From an uncultured Alistipes sp. (GTDB lineage Bacteria > Bacteroidota > Bacteroidia > Bacteroidales > Muribaculaceae): a stretch of DNA of 64,000 nucleotides. The DNA is taken from the NCBI GenBank assembly GCA_964638475.1, contig CAZXAZ010000001.1:110640-174639 (forward strand). The letters are read 5' to 3'. This document shows, one piece after another, positions 43,603-51,423 of the stretch; the stretch's first letter is position 1, and each line of letters opens with the position of its first letter. A model generated the notes under the pieces. It saw only the letters and a list, made by a program, of their open reading frames with translations. It had not been told where the DNA came from and did not search any database. Made by a program: the position numbers and the translations under genes.

Positions 43603-44837
43603 TAATGAGTTGATTTCAGTAGGAAGTCAGCTGCAGAATCGTCAGAATCTTGAAGTATTACACGACCGTCGGGGGTAGTAGTAGCTGTTTTGCGAACGAA
43701 TACTTTGCCGAAACGTTGGGGATCTGAATTCTTTTCAGAGATGCAAGCGAATGAAGCATCTATAGAGGGCGCAAGCGCACCATGAACAAATGTTTCGAGG
43801 TTGCCGAGGTTGACACCGTCTATAATCCAGCTGTTGGGAATACGACAAGCATTTTGCTTGGTCATTTCCATACCTGTTGCGGGGTGGATATATTTGTAAG
43901 AGCCTTTGTATTCAGCGAGATAGCTTTCTACATTCATTCCTTCGGGCATCTTCACCAAAGCGTATGAACGGTTACATTGGTTTGATATAATCCAGATAGA
44001 GTTAGAATAGCTAAACCATTTTTCGAGGTTGGGAACCGAAGGGTTGTCTGTATCCATCGCATGGTCGTCATACCATTCGAAGTCGGCATCTGTCAGATTA
44101 AGAGCCCCTTCAACTTCAGCGCTCCAATCGATAGCTTGGTCAACGATGGTAATGTATTCTCCCGGTTCAACAGCAACATCTTTTCCGCTTCCTGGGATAA
44201 CCCAAACGGTGCCGGCTGTAAAGTTGACGTTGAGGTCGTTTTCGGGCGTGAGAATAGTGTAGTCGTTAGTGCGAGAGTTAACGAAGTCTGATTCACATAT
44301 AGCAAGGCCGTCGGCATATAGGGTTTCGGCTGAGTTGTTATAGATACGGATATATGTGTCTTTCAGCCCATTCTTACCGGTAGCGTTAGGCGAACCGGCA
44401 GCGAAGATTTCGCTGATAACGAAGCCTTCAGAGGGAGTTGACTTAAACCAATTGAGAGTCAAACTTTGAGCCCCGGTGATTGTAACCGAATTGCCGATAG
44501 AGCGAAGTAAGAGCGATTTTTCAGAGCCGTCAGAAAGGGTAGTTGAGTAGTTGATTTCACCGGCGTAGTCATAGATGCCGACCGGCAAGGTTACCGATTC
44601 AACGGCGTTATTGTCGTCAGCGTCAGATGGGAATGAGTAAGTAACACGAGTATTGAGCTCGGTGAAAGAGATTGACGAGTTAATAAACTCAGCATCTTCG
44701 GCATCGAAATCTTCGGGAAAATTGTTGTCGAGAGCGATAGTGAATTTCTGTTCCTCCGGAGTGTCGTTGTCGTCGGAGCAAGAGGAGAATCCTGCGCATA
44801 GAGAAATCGTGGCGAGGATAAAAGCAAACTTTTTCAT
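43602..44837 (-). CDS. DUF4876-like surface lipoprotein
   Basis: Lipobox FSSC + acidic SDDND; FVISEIF..DTYIRIYNN..LYADGLAI (lamin-tail-like) motif. Confidence 0.78.
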   Translation of the reverse strand: MKKFAFILATISLCAGFSSCSDDNDTPEEQKFTIALDNNFPEDFDAEDAEFINSSISFTELNTRVTYSFPSDADDNNAVESVTLPVGIYDYAGEINYSTTLSDGSEKSLLLRSIGNSVTITGAQSLTLNWFKSTPSEGFVISEIFAAGSPNATGKNGLKDTYIRIYNNSAETLYADGLAICESDFVNSRTNDYTILTPENDLNVNFTAGTVWVIPGSGKDVAVEPGEYITIVDQAIDWSAEVEGALNLTDADFEWYDDHAMDTDNPSVPNLEKWFSYSNSIWIISNQCNRSYALVKMPEGMNVESYLAEYKGSYKYIHPATGMEMTKQNACRIPNSWIIDGVNLGNLETFVHGALAPSIDASFACISEKNSDPQRFGKVFVRKTATTTPDGRVILQDSDDSAADFLLKSTH

Positions 44838-44883
44838 TTGGTATTTATGTTTTTATTTGAGTTTTAATTATGGAGGCATGGAA

Positions 44884-47511
44884 TTATAGTTTGAAATTCA
44901 TTTCCATTCCGAAATAAGGAGATGTATAGCGGCGTTGGATAGTGCCATACAACTCATAGTCGGGAGTGATGCTTATCAGTCGGTTGACATATAAGGCAAC
45001 ACCAATTCTGTCGTTCCAAAGTTTCTTGGTAGCTTTGATATTAAACGAAGTGGCTATAGGAATACGACGTTCGTCAAAGGCGCTTTTCGAGTAGTCTCGC
45101 AGCAACTGACCCAGGTAAGGATCAGAGGTGTCAGTTGGGTTCCATTTATGTTCAACACCATCGAGTCCGACATATTTAGTCGGCATTCCCGCTTTTGGCA
45201 GCGTTTGATTAGTTGTGAACCACATATTCTGCACCGACATCGAAATATTTAACTTCAAGCGAGGAATATCAGTGTCAAACGTAAAGTTGGTATTGAAAGA
45301 TTGGTAGACTGTGCCTTCATTGTCGTTATAGTATCCGGCATAGGGGAGTTCTTTGCCATTGACGATAATCGAAGGCTTATACCAAAGACCGGTTGAATTT
45401 GCCATAGTTGTTTTAAACCATGCTCCATTAACCGTTACACGAGTACGAACAATTGGGAAACGTCGAGAAGAGAAAGTAAATTCAACACCCTCTTTGTCGA
45501 TGCGCGACGAATTCGTCGGACGGCTGACCATAGCAATTTTGCTTTCGGTTGTGAAAGGCAGATTGTCAATCTTCGGAGCGCCGTTAATTATCGGGTCATA
45601 AGATGAAGCATCGTATCGGTTGTAGGTGTGGTAACGTACCTCTGATGCCATGCGGAATGCGTCATTCATATTCTCGCGGAAATATGTGACCGAAAGACGA
45701 TTACCCTTATACGAAATGTCACCGCAAACTTCCCATTTTAAGTTACGAGCAGCTTTGATGTCATAGTTGACACGGTCGTCGACGAAGGTCATTACATTCA
45801 TCGTGCGCCATTGCTCATTATCGTGGAAATAGTTAAGCTGCACTTCATCGGTATAAATCATATCGGGATAAAGATATGCAGCAACCGGCATCTTCGTGTG
45901 TAGTCCGGCACCTCCACTTAATGCAAAGATAATCGGTTCGTTATCAACCGATAGATAGGGGAGAGTCCATTTCAGGTTGGCTCGCGGGTCGAAATATGGG
46001 CGACCTGAGAGGTAATATCTACCATCAAGATTGAGCAGCTGCGTTTCGCGAAGACCAATTTGTAGATGCAGAGTATGGTTGCCAAATCTCGCTTCTGACT
46101 CATTCTCGATATAAACCGATAATTGTTGCATAGCCGGAATATCGTTGAACGGGCGCGGACGCGAGTTATTGCCGGCTGTGAGCGGGCGAGTCAAATCGTA
46201 TACCTGCCCTTTACCGAAGTTTTTCGACAAAATCCACTCTGCTCCCGCTTTTAGCCTTCCGGAAAAATTTGAATGACGGTAGCGTAAATTCGATGACAGT
46301 TTTATGAACGTTGAGAAAGGCTTTCCATAGACATCATAGTCTGCGGTATATAGCATCGGGAGATATCCTACATAATTTGAGCCGGGAGTAGTTGAAACCG
46401 GCATTGGGTAGAGACGAGTTGATCCGACGCTTTTTTGTTGGCGTAAACGCTCGTCAGAGTACCTTATGCCGGTTGTTAATCCGAGATTGTTGAAGAAACC
46501 GCTTCGACGTGATACGATAACAAGAGTGTTATTCCAACAAAAATTATTGACATCGTTGGTATAATAATCAATCGTATTATTAACCGTCAAGTCTGGATCG
46601 TTTTTGTCGCGCTCAAAAGTGCCGGTGTAGTTGAGTGAAGTATCCCATGTAAGGTCATTTCCCCAAACAGTGCTTTTAAGGTTGCTACGGAGCGAGAAGG
46701 TTGCGCGTTTATAGTTTTGGCGATTGTCGCGCGGGTCTATACGAGAGTCGAGATAGTCAGCCGAAAGGTTAATAGTCCACCAGTCTCGAGCAGGCATATT
46801 AAACCCTTTTGCAATATGGAAAAGTTGGCTCTGCATATCAGCTTTGAAACGAGCATCAAGACCGGTCGCCCCATTCTTGCGCTTGATTTTTACAAGTCCC
46901 GAAGTCAGTTCGCCATACTCAACTGATGGTATTCCTCTGACGATTTCAACGCTTTCGATATCGTCTGTCGCAATAGATCGCATATCAACTCCTTTACCGG
47001 TCGTCAGTCGTCCGCTGCGCTCCGAGTCGGGGGTAGATTGCATCGCTGCGGAAGTGTTCACCGGAACACCGTCTATAACGAATGACGTGCCTAACGACGA
47101 TGTGTCATATCCATCAGGAGCGGCTTGTGGCGCTTGGCGCAAGTTGATAAGGTTTGCCTTCCCCATGTCGGGGTCTTTCGATACGAATCCGGGCAACAAT
47201 TCAACGAGGTCTGTAAAACTCGATGGTTGAAGATGAGCCATCGCTTGACGATTGATAAGCGATGCCGAAGTAACGCCACGGCTCTCGCGAGCTGTTACAA
47301 CAACTTCACCTAATTCTTTCCCGAGCATTTCTTGTTCGCGACGGTCGAGGTCGGCGAGTAACATCGAATCAATTCGGGCGATAGCGTCAAGCGAATCTTT
47401 TTTGAGAGAAGACACGGTCACTTGGGCATTGTTCTCCTTAACCGAAGATAACATTGCCGAAACGTTTGTCAATAACAACAGCGATATGACCGAAATTTTT
47501 GTAGAACTCAC
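44884..47511 (-). CDS. TonB-dependent receptor
   Basis: GTG start; TonB-box-like LGEVVVTA; plug motifs IDGVP, DIESVEIVRG, YGELTSGLV; C-terminal FGMEMNFKL. Confidence 0.93.
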   Translation of the reverse strand: MSSTKISVISLLLLTNVSAMLSSVKENNAQVTVSSLKKDSLDAIARIDSMLLADLDRREQEMLGKELGEVVVTARESRGVTSASLINRQAMAHLQPSSFTDLVELLPGFVSKDPDMGKANLINLRQAPQAAPDGYDTSSLGTSFVIDGVPVNTSAAMQSTPDSERSGRLTTGKGVDMRSIATDDIESVEIVRGIPSVEYGELTSGLVKIKRKNGATGLDARFKADMQSQLFHIAKGFNMPARDWWTINLSADYLDSRIDPRDNRQNYKRATFSLRSNLKSTVWGNDLTWDTSLNYTGTFERDKNDPDLTVNNTIDYYTNDVNNFCWNNTLVIVSRRSGFFNNLGLTTGIRYSDERLRQQKSVGSTRLYPMPVSTTPGSNYVGYLPMLYTADYDVYGKPFSTFIKLSSNLRYRHSNFSGRLKAGAEWILSKNFGKGQVYDLTRPLTAGNNSRPRPFNDIPAMQQLSVYIENESEARFGNHTLHLQIGLRETQLLNLDGRYYLSGRPYFDPRANLKWTLPYLSVDNEPIIFALSGGAGLHTKMPVAAYLYPDMIYTDEVQLNYFHDNEQWRTMNVMTFVDDRVNYDIKAARNLKWEVCGDISYKGNRLSVTYFRENMNDAFRMASEVRYHTYNRYDASSYDPIINGAPKIDNLPFTTESKIAMVSRPTNSSRIDKEGVEFTFSSRRFPIVRTRVTVNGAWFKTTMANSTGLWYKPSIIVNGKELPYAGYYNDNEGTVYQSFNTNFTFDTDIPRLKLNISMSVQNMWFTTNQTLPKAGMPTKYVGLDGVEHKWNPTDTSDPYLGQLLRDYSKSAFDERRIPIATSFNIKATKKLWNDRIGVALYVNRLISITPDYELYGTIQRRYTSPYFGMEMNFKL

Positions 47512-47534
47512 TTTATTTGCCTTGATTTACAATG

Positions 47535-47542
47535 CAAATTTA
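47535..47542 (-). promoter_or_regulatory. -7 promoter element (TAAATTTG) of the TonB-receptor operon
   Basis: Consensus element 23 nt upstream of the GTG; no clear TTTG at -33. Confidence 0.65.
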
Positions 47543-47591
47543 CTATTAAAAATTGGTTATGTTATTGGTTATATTGCTGATAGATAGTAAA

Positions 47592-47609
47592 ATACCTAAA
47601 AATAGGTAT
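47592..47609. promoter_or_regulatory. Palindromic operator copy 1 (ATACCTA-AAAA-TAGGTAT)
   Basis: Perfect 7-4-7 inverted repeat upstream of the receptor promoter. Confidence 0.7.
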
Positions 47610-47656
47610 CGCGAATCTTTAATATTACTCAATCTGTATATCGTCCGTTATGTATG

Positions 47657-47676
47657 AATACCTAATGTTAGGTATT
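47657..47676. promoter_or_regulatory. Palindromic operator copy 2 (AATACCTAA-TG-TTAGGTATT)
   Basis: Same 7-4-7 core, 66 bp from copy 1. Confidence 0.7.
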
Positions 47677-47774
47677 GCAGAAGTCTGCTTTTCTGTTCAG
47701 AGTATATTTTTCTGTATATCCCCGCCCGTGAGCGAGGGGGCTGTGCTTCTCTGATGTAATGTTTTCCCAAAAAA

Positions 47775-47811
47775 AATCAGGCGATATGTCGCTGTGACAT
47801 ATCGCCTGATT
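47775..47811 (-). terminator. Terminator ending the three-lipoprotein operon
   Basis: Perfect 16-bp stem AATCAGGCGATATGTC/GACATATCGCCTGATT followed by a T-run on the minus strand. Confidence 0.88.
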
Positions 47812-47828
47812 ATTGAGTTAGTATTGGA

Positions 47829-50024
47829 TTACTCGTAGATGAGTTCCATGTCGTCGAGATACATTACCGAAGGACCTCCGGTGAAGTAATCACCCATCTT
47901 CGATGCAGATGCAACGAGGATGATGTTAGAGGGACGAACATCGGTGCGCTTGTAGTCGAGGGGAATTGTTACCTCAATTAAACCCTCACCGGCTGTAGCT
48001 TCTGTGAAGATATGCTCGCCATAAGCAATAACTTGATCGTCATCCTTTTCGAATAGAGATCGTTCGCTAGATTTCGTCTTAACAACGAAAGGCCATGCTT
48101 CATTGTTGTAGCTTGTCTTAGTACCGTCAACAAGAGCGATATAGATAATACCTTTATCCATGTCGCCATTCTTAACGTTATCAGGATTAGACGAAGTTCT
48201 GTCAACAACTGCGGGAGTATATTTAACCCAAAAGCGGAGAGCTGTGGGGCGAGCTGTGAATGGGCGTCCCCAACCGAGCACACCATCGGTGCCGTCTGTT
48301 GCCAAATACTTACCGATGAATACGTTACCTGCTGCGAATTTACCAATTGGACCAAAACCTACAAATTGGCTACTAAGCTTAATAGAAGAGTTCCCGCTAT
48401 GTTTGAGGTCGGTTGCTTGTTCTGTGATGTTTTTGCTCATAGTGATTGAGCCATGGTTACCGCTATCCCAGTAGAAATCGTTAGGGTCGGCACTCGGAAT
48501 TAGAGCTTTATCACTGCCTGTACACCAATCTTCAAAGCTGGCATTGGGGAGTTGAGGCTCGCCTTCTGTGGTAAATTCTTGAATAGAAGTAGACTCGAAG
48601 CTATCACAGTAAGCTGCTACTTGATAGGTTGTGGCTGGTGTAAGACCGGTAAGCTCAATGCTATAATCATTTTCGGTAATGGTCTCTGCCTGAACTTTTG
48701 TCCACTGCTGAGTGCCCTTTACGCGATACATAATACCGGGGTTGGTAGCTTCTTCGCGTAGCACTTTACCTGAGATTACAGCCTTGCGAGAGGTGATAGT
48801 CAGAGCGTTGGGGTCAACATCTTGAATCATAACCTTGGCATTTGTCGGAATGATTCGTAACGAAGCGTTAGCTTTGCGACCATTTGCATCAATTGCGGTT
48901 ACTTTTATTGTGTAATCACCTTCTGTAAGGGTATTGAGGAATGTTTTCTCAAAGTTGAGTTTTACCTCAGAGAAACCGGTGTCGGCATGTGTTGTTTTAT
49001 CAAAGTTGATACCGGCTGTTTCGAGAATACTCTTCACATCATCAGACATACCTAAAAGCTCGAAGTCGTTACCACCGAGTTCGGTAATGAATGAGAAAGC
49101 AGTGCTCTCAACTACAATTTCAGAAAAATCAGTAGCTGCTGCAAGCCAAAGTGAACGGCGAGGCATATCGCCAACCATTCCGGTTACAGGCTCTGTCATA
49201 TCATAGTTGAAACCTGAAATTGTAGGAGCAGAAGTGATTTCGTAAGAATCTTCAACTTCAATTTCGGTTGTGTCAACCTCGATAGTAATCAATGCGCCAC
49301 CGATAGCTTCTTCAGCTTGGTCGTTGTGTTTAACGTTTAAGTGATATTCGGTTGCCCGAGCAACATCAACAATCGTATCGGTGAATGTAAACGGCTGATT
49401 GTTTGATAACAATGTGCCTTTAAGAGTGTAGATTAGGCTCTTAGAACGAGAGTTGGTCATGAAGTAACCTTTTGCTCCTTGCTCTACTTTTTCTTGAGTA
49501 AACTCAAGGGTGCCATTGCGAGTGCCGGTTGATTTGTCGTGACCGACTTCGATTGTAACATCTTTGAGTAGTTCGCTAATCTTGTCGGAATATTCAACAG
49601 ACACGAGGGTGTTTGCAATCTTACAGCATACGTTTACTTGTGTGGCAGAGCCTTTGGTGATATCAAACTCTTCGCTGCCCTTGAAATAGCGGTCTTCCCA
49701 AGAGGCTGACACAGAGTCGCCTGCCCATGCTTCCGCGATATAGTGGCCTGAAAGTAGTTTGATGCCTCCGGCAGGCACTTCGTCAATGCCGTTATATTTA
49801 TGAACAGCACCTTTGGCGTTTGAAATCCAAATAAGAGTGTTTTGTGCGAGCTCGTCGTTAGTCTGTCCGGCGCGAGTCTTTACGACTACATCGGAATTGA
49901 CAGTAGCCTTAAGCATCAGGCGTCCTTCCCCTTCACCCTCTTCGTAGGGGCGGAAGGTGTCGGAGCAGGCAGAAAGCGCTGCGATCGCCAGAAGCGAGGC
50001 ACAATAGTTAATATATTTATTCAT
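47829..50024 (-). CDS. Surface lipoprotein: DUF4493-like + Ig-like + FN3 + PCMD-like domain
   Basis: Lipobox LSAC-SD; KTRAG; GLTPATTYQV FN3; QLPNASFEDW...WDSGN...LYLDD-type C-terminal domain (MYLDDMELIY). Confidence 0.8.
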   Translation of the reverse strand: MNKYINYCASLLAIAALSACSDTFRPYEEGEGEGRLMLKATVNSDVVVKTRAGQTNDELAQNTLIWISNAKGAVHKYNGIDEVPAGGIKLLSGHYIAEAWAGDSVSASWEDRYFKGSEEFDITKGSATQVNVCCKIANTLVSVEYSDKISELLKDVTIEVGHDKSTGTRNGTLEFTQEKVEQGAKGYFMTNSRSKSLIYTLKGTLLSNNQPFTFTDTIVDVARATEYHLNVKHNDQAEEAIGGALITIEVDTTEIEVEDSYEITSAPTISGFNYDMTEPVTGMVGDMPRRSLWLAAATDFSEIVVESTAFSFITELGGNDFELLGMSDDVKSILETAGINFDKTTHADTGFSEVKLNFEKTFLNTLTEGDYTIKVTAIDANGRKANASLRIIPTNAKVMIQDVDPNALTITSRKAVISGKVLREEATNPGIMYRVKGTQQWTKVQAETITENDYSIELTGLTPATTYQVAAYCDSFESTSIQEFTTEGEPQLPNASFEDWCTGSDKALIPSADPNDFYWDSGNHGSITMSKNITEQATDLKHSGNSSIKLSSQFVGFGPIGKFAAGNVFIGKYLATDGTDGVLGWGRPFTARPTALRFWVKYTPAVVDRTSSNPDNVKNGDMDKGIIYIALVDGTKTSYNNEAWPFVVKTKSSERSLFEKDDDQVIAYGEHIFTEATAGEGLIEVTIPLDYKRTDVRPSNIILVASASKMGDYFTGGPSVMYLDDMELIYE

Positions 50025-50036
50025 TGCTTTCTCCTG

Positions 50037-51401
50037 TTATGATTTAATTAATGTAAGGGTCATAGACTTGCTGTGGTTAGCTTTGTCGGTGACGGTGATA
50101 TGGAACTTATGAGTTCCGGCTTCAAAAATCAGTCCCACAAATGGGGTAATATCGAACTCTAATTCGGTAATACCGGCTCCGGTTACTTCCTCTTTAACGG
50201 GGAATCCGAGTCCTTGTAGACCTTCAGTTATGTCTTTCGTTTCTCCATCGATATTTAATACCGGTGGATTAGCAAGGTCGAATTCAGCAGCCAATCCCAC
50301 ACTATTTAAGAACTCGTTAGTCAACATCTGAGATTCGATTCTTACATTTAATCCGGAGAATTCTTTAGTAGATTTAATATTAACGATCGCGTTTTTAACA
50401 CCAACTCCGAAGTCAGCCACATTATTTGTGCCAACGAGGTTGAGAGTTTCGCTTGTGAATTCGATAGCCCAATCTGCAGGTTGATCGGGGGTCGGAGTGT
50501 CGGGCTCGGGATCATCAAAGTCTTCTCCGCCGGGGCGACCGCTATTGTCGAGATTATCCTCAAACCATTCGTAATCACTTTCGATAGGCTCATCCTCAAC
50601 TACGGTAGAGTCGATAGTGATGCCTTGACCATCGTTAGTAATCGTACCAACTTCGTCAGGCGGGAGGTTGGGGTTGTTGGTCAAGTCGAAATAGATTTTG
50701 CGGTGCTGACCTTTGGCAACGTTATCAATCGTTTTGGTGAATGTTTCGGTGTTGCCGAGAATCGACGCAGAGAAGTCGATACGGAGAGTTTCAAGGTTCT
50801 GTAATGCAGCGAAATAACCCGAGCGAGTTTCTGCAGGGGTGAACACCAACGAGTTGCTGCCTTCAGAAGTTACCTTAACGGTTACTTCGTCGGCGTTATC
50901 GAATGCTTTGAGTAATTTTTCAGAAAAGCTTACGGAAACGCGGATGTTGGCGAGTTTGCAAACAACAGTTTCTACCTCTGTAACTTTGTCGGTTACGATA
51001 GTGAAATCTTGTGAACCTTCGTAGTAGGGTGCATTCCATGCTGCAGGCTCAACTTCGTGAGAACGAACGACAACAGAGTAGTCGCCGGCAGGGAATACCG
51101 GCAATTCGGGCATTGTAGTGTATGTCCATTGGTTCACTACATTGCCATTGCGGTTATTTATAGTAACGATAAAGTCTGAGAGGTCGATAATAGCGCGAGA
51201 AGCGGGCGCCTTTGCGGCTTTTGATTTCGCAGCGCTGTTGTCGGTAACGATGGTTTCAGCGCCGTCAACATCTACGCCGATAGATGCGGTGCGGAGTTGA
51301 CCATTACCGCTCACTTCCACTTCCGGATTCCAGTTGTCGCACGCCGAGAACCCGGCCATAGCGGCTGCTGAAAGTAGAATTGAAAATATCTTTGTTTTCA
51401 T
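50037..51401 (-). CDS. Surface lipoprotein: DUF4493-like + Ig-like domain
   Basis: Lipobox FSAC-DN; ASRA; PYYEGSQDF..VCKLANIRVSV shared with neighbours; acidic/Pro linker. Confidence 0.8.
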   Translation of the reverse strand: MKTKIFSILLSAAAMAGFSACDNWNPEVEVSGNGQLRTASIGVDVDGAETIVTDNSAAKSKAAKAPASRAIIDLSDFIVTINNRNGNVVNQWTYTTMPELPVFPAGDYSVVVRSHEVEPAAWNAPYYEGSQDFTIVTDKVTEVETVVCKLANIRVSVSFSEKLLKAFDNADEVTVKVTSEGSNSLVFTPAETRSGYFAALQNLETLRIDFSASILGNTETFTKTIDNVAKGQHRKIYFDLTNNPNLPPDEVGTITNDGQGITIDSTVVEDEPIESDYEWFEDNLDNSGRPGGEDFDDPEPDTPTPDQPADWAIEFTSETLNLVGTNNVADFGVGVKNAIVNIKSTKEFSGLNVRIESQMLTNEFLNSVGLAAEFDLANPPVLNIDGETKDITEGLQGLGFPVKEEVTGAGITELEFDITPFVGLIFEAGTHKFHITVTDKANHSKSMTLTLIKS

Positions 51402-51423
51402 AACTTAGGGTTTGGCGTGTTAA

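Noticed and set aside
33748-47511. A single classical PUL joining the TonB receptor with GH76/GH2
   Set aside because: A perfect terminator (38398-38426) and a separate -7 element divide them; no SusD-like gene
47512-47828. Cobalamin or TPP riboswitch upstream of the TonB receptor
   Set aside because: No B12-box or TPP core motifs found, and the -7 element lies only 23 nt from the start codon
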